From an uncultured Candidatus Rokubacteria bacterium (lineage in GTDB: Bacteria > Methylomirabilota > Methylomirabilia > Rokubacteriales > CSP1-6), in NCBI GenBank assembly GCA_963789955.1, contig CAWBMV010000012.1, positions 32,001-96,000 of the forward strand: a DNA stretch of 64,000 bases, in the 5' to 3' direction. The position numbers were made by a program, and so were the translations under genes. Numbering within the stretch: position 1 is the stretch's first letter; the number at the start of each line of letters is the position of its first letter. The notes beneath the pieces were generated by a model, which saw only the letters and a program-made list of their open reading frames with translations, had not been told where the DNA came from and did not search any database. Below, one piece after another: positions 10,576-22,144 of the stretch.

Positions 10576-12051
10576 CTATCTCCACTGGAACGCGGGCCCG
10601 GCCAGCGCCAGCGCCACGCGCTCGTCGCGCGCGATCGACGTGTCGGCCAGCATGGCCGACAGCGGCGCACCCGGCGGGCACGTCCACCACGTCGAGCAGC
10701 GAGCGCGGGTCGACGGCCGCGCAGCACGGCAGCCGCGCGATCGTCCGCGACAGCTCGCCGCGGTTGAGCAGCGAATCCGGGTCGGCCCACTCCTGCATCG
10801 TGTCGCCGTAGCCCTTCGGCGCCGGCGGCGACCACAGCGGCTGGCGCAGCTGCCGCAGCAGCGGCCCGACGTTCTCGCGCACCTCGGTGGCGCCCAGCGC
10901 GCGCAGCACGGCCACCAGCCAGTCCTGCGGCGCGCGGAACTTGCGCCGGTCTTCCTGCCAGGCCTCGGGCAGATCGATCGAGCGCGTCGGCCACGGCCTT
11001 GCAGGTCGCCGTCGCGTCGATCGGAACACGCCGCGCCACGCGCGTCCACGGCCGCCGCCGGCGGCGTCGTCGCTCACGAAGTGCGTCACCAGCTTCCGCG
11101 CGACGAACTGCGCCGTGGACGGATGCGCGCACAGCGCCTTGATGGCGCGCTCGCCTTCCGCCACGCCGGCCTCGCCGTAGCGTCGTGCCCGAGCAGCGTC
11201 TTGGTCGCCCGGCTCGTGCAGCACCTCGCGAAAGACGAACCGGATGGGCACCGTCGGCCGCCGGCGCGTCCACCGCCCGCGACCCCGCGTCCCCGGCGGC
11301 CTGGCGCCCGCCGGCCGCACCTGCGCCGCCGAGGCCGTCGATCGTCCAGCCGGTCAGCATGCGCGCCAGCTCCTGCACGTCCTGCTGCGTGTAGCCGCCG
11401 TTCACGCCGAGCGTGTGCAGCTCCAGCAGCTCGCGCGCGTAGTTCTCGTTCAGGCCGCGGCGCGGCGCTGCGCCGGTCGCCTGGCTGTCGCGCGCCGCGC
11501 ACGGCCCGCGCGCCGCCGCGCCGAGCCGCGCGCCCTGCGACGCGGGGCCAATCGACTGGAAGTTGTCGAGGTAGGCCAGCATCGCCGGATGCCGGGCCGA
11601 CGCCAGCACCATGTCCTCGAAGCGTCCGAGCACGTGCGGACGGATGACCTCGCGCTCGTAGCTGCCCGCCAGCGGCGCCACCAGCACCTTGCCGCCCATC
11701 GACACGCACAGGTGGTTCGACCAGAAGGCGACGAGCCGCTCGACGAACGGGACGCTCGGAGGTGACGCGTGCCGTCAGCGCGTGCCGCAGTTCGGCGGCG
11801 CCAATCTCCACCAGGCGGCGCCGCGCCTGCCGGCGCTGCTTCGTCGTCGCCGCGCCCCAGCTGGCGCAGGCCTCGCACGGCATCGCCGATGGTCTCGGGC
11901 GTCGGCGCCCGGCTGGCGGCGGCCAGCCGTGGCGCACCGCCGCGCAACTGCGCGCGCAGCCAGCCGCGTGGATCGGACAGGCGGCGCGCGCTCGCCCACG
12001 CGGGCCCCCAGGCCGAAACCGGTTCAGGGCACGAAGCGCAGCGTCCATCAC
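10576..12051 (-). CDS. DUF1800 domain protein, frameshifted
   Basis: IRPHVLGRFEDM, HPAMLAYLDN, GLNENYARELLELHTLGV, LTGWT; adjacent to DUF1501 as expected. Confidence 0.9.
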
Positions 12052-12120
12052 CTACTACCGCCATACCCCTTTGACGGTGGCGGCGGGCGCGCCGTTGCCC
12101 GGCGCGCCAAACCGGAAGCT

Positions 12121-14418
12121 CTACAGCCGAGCGGTCGTGTTTCCGCGGCCGGCAGCTTGCTCTCGATCCAGCCCCGCAGCACCTCGAAGATTTCCTTGCG
12201 GTTGGTCTCGACCATCGCGAAGTGGCCGTTGCCGGTGATGCCGCGGTCCTTCAGCGCCAGGTACTCGGCCGCCGCGCCCGACTGCTTCAGCGCCGGCAGC
12301 AACTGCCGGCCGAACGCGAAGCCGGAGTTCTCCGCCTCGAAGTAGAGGATCGGGATGCCCTTCAGGTTCGGCAGCGGCTGCGCCGCGCCGCCCTGTCCGA
12401 CCAGCGGGGCCGGCGCGCCTTCGAAGCGACACGACGGCCTTCACCAGGTTGGGCCGCTCGTCGGCCGTCAGCCACCCGAACGGGCCGCCGGCCGAGTGCG
12501 TCTGGATGATGGCCGGGCCGATCTTGTCGAGGAGCATCGCGCCGCGGCTGCGCCACAGCTCGCATCATCGCCTGGTTGTTGGTGGGCGCCGCGTTCGGAC
12601 GACGCCATCCACTGATCGAGCAGCGGATCGCCCGACCAGCCCCGTGCCCATCCACCGCCGCGGCGTGCCGGTGGCCGCGCGCACGCAGCTGCGCGCGAGA
12701 CGAAGTCGTAGGTGGGCATCGCCGCCGACCGGTTCCGGTCGTGTCCGGGTGATTCGGCACGCGGCCGTGGCCCGGGCGATCCACCAGGTACACCTGGTAG
12801 CCGGCCTGCACGTAGTAGTGCGCCCAGCTGGCGTTGCCGTCGAGGCCCATGTAGTCGGTGCTCTGACCGCCGCCGCCGTGCACGAGCACGATCGGGCAGC
12901 GGCTGGCGGATCTGCTCGGGGATCAGGTACTGGACGTACATCTGCCCCGACACGATGGTGCCGTAGTCCATCTTCTTGGGCTCGGCGCCCACCCAGAAGT
13001 AGCCCATGTCGGCCAGGCGCATCGCCGTGGAGTCGGTGCCGCGCTTCTTGTAGGCCGGCGCGCTGCCGGTGACGTTCTTGTCCAGCCAGTTGAGGATCGG
13101 CTGCAGCACCTCGCGGTTGTTCTTCTCCACCATCATCATGTGGCTGTTGCCGCGCAGGCCGGCGTCGCGCTCGATGCGCAGCTCTTCGGCCTTCACGCCC
13201 GCCTGCTTCAGGAACGCCACCTGGCCGGGATTGCCCGGCGCGGCGTTGGACGCGGGTGCCGTGACGGTCAGCACGAGCGGTGTTCTTCAGGTTCGGAAGC
13301 TTCCGCGCGGGCTCGACCTGCAGGAAGTAGCCGTCCACGTCCGGCTCGGGGTTCTCGACCCGCACCACCTTGATCTCCGACGGATCCTTGACCGGCGGAT
13401 CGTAGGTGACGGGAATCGTCGACAGGCCCCAGCGGTTGCCGCCGGCGAACGCCGTGCCTGCGCCCTCGATGATCACCGTCGCCTTCACGAGATTCGGACG
13501 CGCCTCGGCCACCAGCAGCCCGAACGGGCCGCCGGCCGAGTGCGTCATGATGATCGCCGGGCCGATCTTGTCCAGCAGTTCCGCGCCCGCTTCACGCCAC
13601 GCGGCGTGCGCCAGGTTGGGCGCGCCGGCCGGCTGCTGATTGGCCGGCACCGGTGGGCCTGCCGGCGCGCGCGCCAGGCCCACCCTGCGGCCCGCGGCGA
13701 CCGCCCTGCGCCGGTGCGCCACCGGGCTGTTGCTGCTGCACGTAGCTGCCGCCCTGCGACGCGAGGAACGCGGCGACGTCCGGCGCCGCCGATCGCGCCA
13801 GGGCCCGGCCACTGCGTGTGGTTGCGGCGGAACTTGTCGGTGTTGCCCGGCGCCGGCGGGATGAAGTTGCCCTGCAGCCCCTCCATCGTGCCCGCGCGCG
13901 CCGGGAAGCCGCCGTGGACGTACGGATGCAACGGCGAGCGTCCGTGTCCCGGCCGATCGACGACGTAGACGCGGTAGCCCTCAGCCGCCAGATACTGGAA
14001 CCAGCCGGGCCGGCCATCGGGCGTGCCCATCCAGTCCAGCCCCTGTCCCGCCGCCGCCGTGCACGAGCACGATCGGGAACGGCTTGCGCACGCGCGACGG
14101 CACCATGTACTCGACGTACATCTGCTGGCCGCCGACGAAGCTGCCCAGCGCCGTGTCGGCGCGCTTCACGTTCACCCACATGTAGCTCCACTCGGACAGG
14201 TCGAGCGCCAGCTTCTGCGCGGCGGGACCGCCCGGCCGCCTGCGCGGCCAGCCGCGGCGGCCGCGGCCTCGTTGCCGGCCAGCGCGCCGAGCGCGGACGC
14301 CGCCGACCCGGCGATGCCCAGCGCCGTGGCGTCGCCTCATGAAATCGCGTCGCGACACGCCGCCGCTGGCGTAGCGGCGATACAGATTCAACACCTGGTC
14401 GTTGTGGGTTCTGCTCAT
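12121..14418 (-). CDS. Tat-exported protein with two tandem alpha/beta-hydrolase domains, frameshifted
   Basis: SRRDFM Tat motif; two copies each of QMYVxY, VLVHGGG, VDRPGHGR and HSAGG, plus GNSHMMM and GNGHFAM. Confidence 0.8.
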
Positions 14419-14469
14419 GGTCGAGAAGCATACCCCGGAGAATCAAGACCGGCTACGGCCCGGCCGATT

Positions 14470-17400
14470 ATGCGCAGCATGGACCGCGCGTTCGAGCCGC
14501 CGGGGGCTGGCGATGCATACGGCCGCCCGGATCGCCTCACGATGACGACGGGGCCCAGCGCCCGGCGGCTGCCGCCGAAGGCCGTGGCCGCCGGCCTGTG
14601 CGTGGCCGCCCTGACGGTCGTCTTGTGGGATGGAGTGCGCACGCAGCAACAGGCAGCGCTGGCCGCGGACACGCACCAGCGGGCCTCGAGCGCGGTCCAG
14701 GCCAACGTGCTGCAAATGAACGACCTGGTGCTGGCACTGGCCCGCTTGCACGATCGCTGGACGTCGGCCTGCGCCGTCGCATCCGCCTGCCGGCGTGATC
14801 TCACGACTTATCTGCGCGATTTCCCCGCCATACAGCGCCTGGGCTGGGTGGCGGCCGACGGGACCGCGGTCGCATTCAGGCCGGCCGCGAACCCGGTGGA
14901 CGGAGTCGAAGAGGACCCAGACGTAGCCCAACTGACGCAAGCCGCGAGCACCCATCGCGGCGGCGCCAGACTGTCGTGGACCGGCGATGCACGGCGGCTC
15001 GCGCTGGCCGTGACCACCGAGCGTCAGGCGCCGACGCTGGTGGCGATCGTCGACATGCAGCGGCTCTTCGACGCCACGGTACGAGATCCCAACGAGCGCA
15101 TGGAGCTCTTTGTCGGCGAGCGCCGCGCCGCCCTCTCTGGCGCAGGGCTGCCCACGCCGCCGGTCGAAGGCGTGGCCACCGAAAGCATCGACCTGCTGGG
15201 ACAGCGTTGGACGATCGCGGTCGCGCGGCGGACGCTTCCCGCCGGATGGCCGGTGGTGGACCTGCTGCTCGTCGGGGGGCTGCTGATCGCGATGTTCGTC
15301 GGCACGTCGCTCTACCTCTGGCAATCGAGCCAGGAGTTCGCGCGCCAGGTGGTGGTCCTGAACTCCCAGATCGAAGCGCGAGCCGAGGCGCGGCGGCGCG
15401 ATCAGGATGCGCAGCTGCGCCAGATCGTCGACAGCGTCAGGCTGGCGCCTTGGACCGTGGAACTCGCCACTGGAGCGCTGCAGGGACACGGCGAGCTGAA
15501 GCGCCTGTTCGGGCTGACGGACCTGGGCCAGCTCGAGACCGTCGCCGACATGATCGCGCGGGTGCACCCCGACGATCGGGACACGCTGCAGCAGGCGGCG
15601 GCCGGGGCCGTCGCCGATCGATCCGGGTACTCAGTCGAGTTCCGCGCCGTCTGGCCCGACGGCTCCACGCATTGGCTGCTGGGCCGCGCCCAGGTGTCTT
15701 GCAACGCCGAGGGCGTCCCAACCCACCTGCGCGGCATCAACGTGGACATTTCCGCCCGGAAAGAAGCCGAGTCCGCGCTGCTCGAGTCGCGGCGGCGGTT
15801 CACCGAGAGTCTCGAGGCCCGCGTCGAACAGCGGACCGCGGAACTGGTGCGCGCCAACCAGGAACTGGACCAGATACAGGCGCGCCTCCAGGGCGTGCTC
15901 GACGCGGCAACCCAGGTCTCGATCATCTCGGCCGACAACGACGGCGTGATCCGCCTGTTCAATCGTGGTGCCGAGCGCATGCTCGGCTACACCGCCGAGG
16001 AGATGATCGGCAAGGCGCAGCCACAGGTCATCCACCTGGCGTCGGAGGTCCAGGCGCGGGCGGCTGCGCTCTCGAAGGAGTTTGGCCGCCGCATCGAGGG
16101 TTTCGACGTGTTCGTCGAGTACGCGAAGCAAGGCCGCTTCGATCAGCGCGACTGGACCTACGTCCGAAAGGACGGCACCACGCTGGACGTCCAGCTGGTG
16201 GTCACAGCGGTCCACAACCGCGAGGGCGCGCTGCTGGGATCCCTGGGCATCGCGGTGGACGTGACCGAACAGCGGCGCCTGGAACATGAACTGAACCGCA
16301 ACCTGGAGCAGCTGCGCGATCAGACGCTGCACGCGCAGGAAGCGAACCGGGCCAAGAGCCAGTTCCTCGCGGCGATGAGCCACGAGATTCGCACGCCCAT
16401 GAACGCCATCCTGGCGATGGCGGATTTGCTCAGCGAGTCGCCCCTGAGCGAGGAACAGCGCGAGTACGTGGGACTCTTCCGCGACGCCGGCAGCACGCTG
16501 ATGACGCTCATCAACGATCTGCTGGACCTGTCGAAGATCGAGTCGGGACGGTTCGAGCTGGAACACGCGGACTTCCGCCTCGACCAGCTGCTGGAGCGCT
16601 GCATCGCGCTGGTGGAACCGAAGGCCAAGGCCAAAGGCCTGGGGATCGTTCTGAAGCGCTCCACGGACCTGCCCACTGACCTGGTCGGCGACCCGACCCG
16701 GATCAACCAGGTGCTGCTCAACCTGTTGAGCAACGCGATCAAGTTCACCGATCGGGGGCAGGTGTCGCTGGAGGCCACGACACCCGAGGGTGCCGCGACG
16801 GGGGAGGTGATGTTTGCCGTGTCCGACACGGGCATCGGCATCCCTGAAGACAAGTTCGCGACCATCTTCGAGGACTTCCGCCAGGCCGACTCCTCTACGA
16901 CCCGCCACTACGGCGGCACGGGTCTCGGCCTGGCGATCAGCCGGCGCATCGTGGACCGGTTGGGCGGACGGCTCGAAGTCGCCAGCACTGTCGGGCACGG
17001 CAGCACCTTCAGCTTCCGGGTCACGTTCCAGATCGGCCAGCCCACGCCCGCGCCGCAGCCGAGCGCGGAGACGTCGCTGAGCCTGCCGGACGAAGCCCCG
17101 CACGCGCCGCTGCGCATCCTGGTTGCCGACGACGTGGAAACCAACCGATCAGTGGTGCGGGCGTTCCTGAAAGCGACCCCGCACGAGCTCGTGTTCGTCG
17201 AAAACGGCCTCGCGGCGGTGGAGCACATGGCGCAAGGGGCGTTCGACGTGGTGCTGATGGACGTCCACATGCCGGTGATGGACGGCTTGGCGGCGACTCG
17301 CACCATCCGTCAGCTCGAGCGCGAGCAACAGCGGACGCGCGCCTTCATCCTGGCACTCACGGCCAGCGCCACCACCGAGGACGCGCGGGCTGCCCGCGAG

Positions 17401-17505
17401 GCCGGCTGCGACGGGCACCTCACCAAGCCGGTCTCGAAGCAGCGGCTGCTCGACGCGCTGGCGGCCGCGCCGTCGTGTCAGGAAGCGGCCGGCGTGGCGT
17501 CCTAG
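14470..17505 (+). CDS. Hybrid sensor histidine kinase (periplasmic sensor, 2 PAS/PAC, HisKA, HATPase, receiver)
   Basis: Two TM segments; VHPDDR PAS; MSHEIRTPMN; NLLSNAIKFT; GGTGLGLAI; LVADD, VLMDVHMPVMDG, HLTKP. Confidence 0.95.
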   Translation: MRSMDRAFEPPGAGDAYGRPDRLTMTTGPSARRLPPKAVAAGLCVAALTVVLWDGVRTQQQAALAADTHQRASSAVQANVLQMNDLVLALARLHDRWTSACAVASACRRDLTTYLRDFPAIQRLGWVAADGTAVAFRPAANPVDGVEEDPDVAQLTQAASTHRGGARLSWTGDARRLALAVTTERQAPTLVAIVDMQRLFDATVRDPNERMELFVGERRAALSGAGLPTPPVEGVATESIDLLGQRWTIAVARRTLPAGWPVVDLLLVGGLLIAMFVGTSLYLWQSSQEFARQVVVLNSQIEARAEARRRDQDAQLRQIVDSVRLAPWTVELATGALQGHGELKRLFGLTDLGQLETVADMIARVHPDDRDTLQQAAAGAVADRSGYSVEFRAVWPDGSTHWLLGRAQVSCNAEGVPTHLRGINVDISARKEAESALLESRRRFTESLEARVEQRTAELVRANQELDQIQARLQGVLDAATQVSIISADNDGVIRLFNRGAERMLGYTAEEMIGKAQPQVIHLASEVQARAAALSKEFGRRIEGFDVFVEYAKQGRFDQRDWTYVRKDGTTLDVQLVVTAVHNREGALLGSLGIAVDVTEQRRLEHELNRNLEQLRDQTLHAQEANRAKSQFLAAMSHEIRTPMNAILAMADLLSESPLSEEQREYVGLFRDAGSTLMTLINDLLDLSKIESGRFELEHADFRLDQLLERCIALVEPKAKAKGLGIVLKRSTDLPTDLVGDPTRINQVLLNLLSNAIKFTDRGQVSLEATTPEGAATGEVMFAVSDTGIGIPEDKFATIFEDFRQADSSTTRHYGGTGLGLAISRRIVDRLGGRLEVASTVGHGSTFSFRVTFQIGQPTPAPQPSAETSLSLPDEAPHAPLRILVADDVETNRSVVRAFLKATPHELVFVENGLAAVEHMAQGAFDVVLMDVHMPVMDGLAATRTIRQLEREQQRTRAFILALTASATTEDARAAREAGCDGHLTKPVSKQRLLDALAAAPSCQEAAGVAS

Positions 17506-17807
17506 CCGCCCGCCAGCGCCCCCACCACCAGAAGCGGCTCGGCGCCGTTCGCCACCCGGTCCGGCAGCACGAAATCGGCGGGCTCGAGCGACAGGTCTTC
17601 CTGGCAGGCGAAGAAGCGCAGGAACGCGCGCCGCTTCAGCGTGTCGTGGTCGCGGATGGTGCCGAGCAGCACCGGATACCGGCGCTCCACCGCGTCCAGC
17701 ACCGACCCAACCGTGACCGCGCCCTCGACCTCCACGGAGATCTCGCCCGGCACGCGCGCCAGCGTGCGCAGGTGGAACGGCAGCTCGACACGCACCTGAT
17801 GGGTCAC
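17502..17807 (-). CDS. MoaD/ThiS family ubiquitin-like protein
   Basis: About 100 aa ending in ALAGG; start overlaps the upstream stop (GTGA). Confidence 0.9.
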   Translation of the reverse strand: MTHQVRVELPFHLRTLARVPGEISVEVEGAVTVGSVLDAVERRYPVLLGTIRDHDTLKRRAFLRFFACQEDLSLEPADFVLPDRVANGAEPLLVVGALAGG

Positions 17808-18919
17808 GGCAGTGTCTGCACCTCGACCGAGAGCACCGCCGGCAGCGTGCTGACAATGGGTGCCCACGTGTCGCCCGCGTCGGACGAGGCAAAGACCTGG
17901 CCGCCGGTCGTGCCGAAGTAGACGCCGCACGCGTCCAGCGTGTCCACGGCCATCGCGTCGCGCAGCACGTTCACGTAACAGTCCTTCTGCGGCAGCCCCT
18001 TGGTCAACGGCTCCCACTCCTCGCCGCCGGAGCGGCTGCGGAACACCTTCAGCTGGCCGTCGAGCGGAAAGTGCTCGGAGTCGCTCTTGATCGGCACCAC
18101 GTAGATGGTCTCAGGCTCGTGCGCGTGCACGTCAATCACGAAGCCGAAGTCGGTCGGCAGGTTGCCGCTGACCTCGCGCCAGTTGTCGCCTGAGTCGTCG
18201 GTCCGCAGCACGTCCCAGTGCTTCTGCATGAAGAGCACGTTGGGCCGCGACGGGTGCATCGCGATGCGGTGCACGCAGTGGCCGACCTCCGCTTCCGGAT
18301 CCGGGATGTACTGCGACCGCAGGCCGCGGTTGATCGCCTTCCACGACGCGCCGCCGTCCTCGCTGCGGAATGCACCGGCCGCGGAGATGGCGATGAACAT
18401 CCGCTTGGTGTTGCTGGGATCCAGGATGATCGTGTGCAGGCCCAGGCCACCGGCGCCGGGCGCCCACGTGGACCCCGAGCCGTGCTCTCGCAGTCCCTTC
18501 AGCTCCTGCCAGTTCTGGCCGCCGTCGGTGGACTGGAACAGCGCCGCGTCCTCCACGCCCGCATACACCACGTCCGGATCGGTGAGCGACGGCTCCACGT
18601 GCCACACCCGTTTGAACTCCCAGGGATGCGGCGTGCCGTCGTACCACTGGTGCGTGCCGGGCACGCCTTCATAGGCGAACTTGTTGCCCACCGGCTCCCA
18701 CGTGGCGCCGCCGTCGTTCGACCGCTGCATCACCTGGCCGAACCAGCCGCTGGTCTGGGACGCGTAGATGCGATTGGGGTCCGCAGGCGAACCCTTGAGG
18801 TGGTACATCTCCCAGCCGGCGAAGAAGGGTCCGCTGACGTCCCAGTTCTTCCGCGCGCCGTCGGACGTCAATACGAACGCGCCCTTCTTGGTCCCGACCA
18901 GTACCCGTACGCGGCTCAT
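17804..18919 (-). CDS. BNR/Asp-box beta-propeller (exo-alpha-sialidase-like) protein
   Basis: Repeated S-x-D-G-G-x-x-W Asp boxes; VLVGTKKG start; no signal peptide. Confidence 0.9.
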   Translation of the reverse strand: MSRVRVLVGTKKGAFVLTSDGARKNWDVSGPFFAGWEMYHLKGSPADPNRIYASQTSGWFGQVMQRSNDGGATWEPVGNKFAYEGVPGTHQWYDGTPHPWEFKRVWHVEPSLTDPDVVYAGVEDAALFQSTDGGQNWQELKGLREHGSGSTWAPGAGGLGLHTIILDPSNTKRMFIAISAAGAFRSEDGGASWKAINRGLRSQYIPDPEAEVGHCVHRIAMHPSRPNVLFMQKHWDVLRTDDSGDNWREVSGNLPTDFGFVIDVHAHEPETIYVVPIKSDSEHFPLDGQLKVFRSRSGGEEWEPLTKGLPQKDCYVNVLRDAMAVDTLDACGVYFGTTGGQVFASSDAGDTWAPIVSTLPAVLSVEVQTLP

Positions 18920-18979
18920 GTGTTGCCCTCCTCGCAAAGTGAAGTCGGTATTTTACTGAAGGGCGGTAATATTCGCGCG

Positions 18980-19569
<590 letters not shown>

Positions 19570-19583
19570 CCGAGCCGGCGCGC

Positions 19584-19611
19584 AATTCAGAATGCAGAAT
19601 TCAGAATTCAG
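19584..19611. repeat. Heptamer tandem repeat (AATKCAG)x4
   Basis: aattcag aatgcag aattcag aattcag. Confidence 0.9.
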
Positions 19612-20443
19612 AAACGTCTTGGCCGCAGGAATCGCGCTGCTCGCGTTGGCGCAATCGCCAGTGCTTGCCCAATGGCTCGCGCATCCGGAGCGGAACGCGC
19701 CGCGGCGTGTCGACGGCACGGTCAACCTGGACGCTCCCACGCCGCGCACGGCGGATGGCAAGCCCGACTTCACCGGCGTGTGGGTGAACGCGTGGTTCGT
19801 CAGCGGACGGGTGCTTCCGCTGCCGGTCTCCCCCGCCGGCGAGCCTCCGGCGGCCACGTTCGGGGACGTATTCGCGAACTTTCAACAGCCTTTGCCGTTG
19901 CAACCGTGGGCGGCCCAGCTCAAGGCCGCACGCAAGGAGCAGCACAGCAAGGAAAACCCGGACGCGCATTGCCTGCCGATGGGCCTCATCCAGTTCCACA
20001 TGCACCCGCAGCCGCGCAAGGTGCTGCAGACGCCCGATGTGCTGGTGATCCTGTATGAAGGCAATGCCGGCATCCGCCAGATCTTCACGGACGGACGCGC
20101 GCTGCCGCCCGCCGACGCGCAGCCCTGGTGGTACGGCTACTCCGTCGGCCGCTGGGACGGCGACACCTTCGTGGTGGAGACGAGCAACTTCAGGGATGGT
20201 GGCTGGCTCGACATCGACGGCAGCCCGCTGACCGACGCCGCCACGATGACCGAGCGCTGGCGGCGCCTGAACTACGGCACCATCCAGATCGACGTCACGA
20301 TCGACGACCCCAAGGCCTACACGCGGCCATTCTCACTGCGCGTCCACCATCGCCTGATGGTGGACAACGCCTTCGACGCGGACCTGATCGAGTTCGTGTG
20401 CCAGGAGAACAACAAGGCGCCGCAGCTGATGGTCGGCAAGTAG
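19592..20443 (+). CDS. Uncharacterised exported Cys-containing protein (paralog 1)
   Basis: Signal peptide; PRTADGKPDFTGVW, HCLPMG, RQIFTDGR, SVGRWDGDTFVVET, DDPKAYT, EFVCQEN. Confidence 0.8.
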   Translation: MQNSEFRNVLAAGIALLALAQSPVLAQWLAHPERNAPRRVDGTVNLDAPTPRTADGKPDFTGVWVNAWFVSGRVLPLPVSPAGEPPAATFGDVFANFQQPLPLQPWAAQLKAARKEQHSKENPDAHCLPMGLIQFHMHPQPRKVLQTPDVLVILYEGNAGIRQIFTDGRALPPADAQPWWYGYSVGRWDGDTFVVETSNFRDGGWLDIDGSPLTDAATMTERWRRLNYGTIQIDVTIDDPKAYTRPFSLRVHHRLMVDNAFDADLIEFVCQENNKAPQLMVGK

Positions 20444-20452
20444 GCGCCGCGT

Positions 20453-22144
20453 CTAGGAGGCGCTCAACGCGCGGGCGGCCTCGCTGACCACCAGCCCGAC
20501 GACGACCACCACCACGGCACCGATCACGTTGTGCCAGAGGAAGGCCACGGGGGTGAACGCGGCGGTGGCGGCGACAGCGGCCATTCCGGCAACGAGCCCG
20601 ACGCAGGCGCCGTTCCCTGTCGCCCGCGGGAACCCGATCGCCAGGATGAAGACGCCGAGCAGCGATCCGTAGAAGAACGAGCCGATCCGGTTCACCACCT
20701 CGATCAACGAGCCGAGCTCGGCCGCCCACACGGCCACTCCGCACGCGAACACGCCCCATACCGCCGTGGCGGCCTTCGACACCGCGAGGTAGTGCGCGTC
20801 GGTGGCCGAGGGCCTGGCCCAGCGGCGGTAGAAGTCGATCACTGTGGCCGTGGAGAGCGAGTTCAGCTCGCCGGCGATCGTGTCGGTGGCCGCGAGCAGG
20901 ATCGCCAGAATCAACAGCCCGACGAGGCCGACCGGCAGCTGCTGCAGGATGAACGTCGGGATGACGTAGTTGACGTCGTCGAACGCGGCGTCGCCGGTCG
21001 ACGACCGCACCAGTTCCCGGGCACGACGCCGAACCTGATCCAGCGCGGCACTTTCCGTGCGCACCCGGTCGCGCGCGGCCGCCTCCACCGTCGTGTCCGT
21101 TGCCTTCCGCGCGCGCGCCAGCTCGGTGGCGGCGTCGCGGCGGCGGCCGATCGCGGCTGCGTGCTCCTGTTCGAGCCCCGCGTAGGCCGCGCGCGCGTCG
21201 CCGTCCAGGCGCTCGATGGCGGTACTGCTGAAGATCAGCGGTGGCGGGTTGAACACGTAGAACACGAACACCAGCACGCCCAGCACCAGCACCAGCGCCT
21301 GCAGCGGGATCTTCCAGTAGCCGCTCATCAGCAGCGAGCGCCGGGCCTCGTCGGCGGACTTGGCCGTGAGATAGCGCTGCACCTGGCTCTGATCGGTGCC
21401 GAAGTACGAGCAGAACAGGAAGAACGCGGCGATGGTGCCGGACCAGAAGGTGTACTGGTTCGTCAGATCGAAGCTGAAGTCGAAGGTGCGCAGCCGGCCG
21501 GTGGCGGCGGCGATGCTGAACCCGTCCGCCAGGCCGACTCCGTCGGGAAAGCCGGCCACGGCGGCGGCAATGACGGCGAACAGCCCGAACACGATCAGGC
21601 CCATGATCTTCACGTCGGTCCAGGTGACCGCCTGCACCCCGCCGAACATCGTGTACAGGACCGCCGGGGCGGCGATGAGAAGCGCGGTGGATGTGACGTC
21701 GAGCCCGAGCACGAGTGACAGCACCACGGCCGGGGCCGCCACGACGGCCCCGCACGACATGCCTCGCGACAGGAGGAACAGCAGGCTGGTGAACGCCCGC
21801 GTCTTGGCGTCGAAGCGCCGCTCCAGGTACTCGTACGCGGTGTAGACGCCGGAGTTGTAGAAGAACGGCACCAGCGTGATCGACAGCACCACCATCGCCA
21901 GCGGCAGGCCGAAGTAGAACTGGATGAAGCGCAGCCCGTCGTTGTAGCCCTGCCCGGTGGTGCCGATCATCGTGATGGCGCTGAGCTGCGTGGCCATCAC
22001 GGAGATCCCGGCGGCCCACCAGGGGATGCTGCGCTTGGCCAGGAAGTAGCCGTCGAGTTCCTGGCTGTCCTTCGTGCGCCTCAGGCCGTCATAAACGATC
22101 CACGTCATGAAGCCGACGAGGACGCACCAGTCGATCCAGTGCAT
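20453..22144 (-). CDS. Sodium:solute symporter (SSS family)
   Basis: YFLAKRSIPWW, ATQLSAIT, YEYLERRF, GGVQAVTWTD, GTDQSQVQRYL. Confidence 0.95.
   Translation of the reverse strand: MHWIDWCVLVGFMTWIVYDGLRRTKDSQELDGYFLAKRSIPWWAAGISVMATQLSAITMIGTTGQGYNDGLRFIQFYFGLPLAMVVLSITLVPFFYNSGVYTAYEYLERRFDAKTRAFTSLLFLLSRGMSCGAVVAAPAVVLSLVLGLDVTSTALLIAAPAVLYTMFGGVQAVTWTDVKIMGLIVFGLFAVIAAAVAGFPDGVGLADGFSIAAATGRLRTFDFSFDLTNQYTFWSGTIAAFFLFCSYFGTDQSQVQRYLTAKSADEARRSLLMSGYWKIPLQALVLVLGVLVFVFYVFNPPPLIFSSTAIERLDGDARAAYAGLEQEHAAAIGRRRDAATELARARKATDTTVEAAARDRVRTESAALDQVRRRARELVRSSTGDAAFDDVNYVIPTFILQQLPVGLVGLLILAILLAATDTIAGELNSLSTATVIDFYRRWARPSATDAHYLAVSKAATAVWGVFACGVAVWAAELGSLIEVVNRIGSFFYGSLLGVFILAIGFPRATGNGACVGLVAGMAAVAATAAFTPVAFLWHNVIGAVVVVVVGLVVSEAARALSAS

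Noticed and set aside
9690..11705. DUF1800-DUF1501 fusion ORF
   Set aside because: Frameshift artefact; DUF1501 has its own SD and Tat start at 10565
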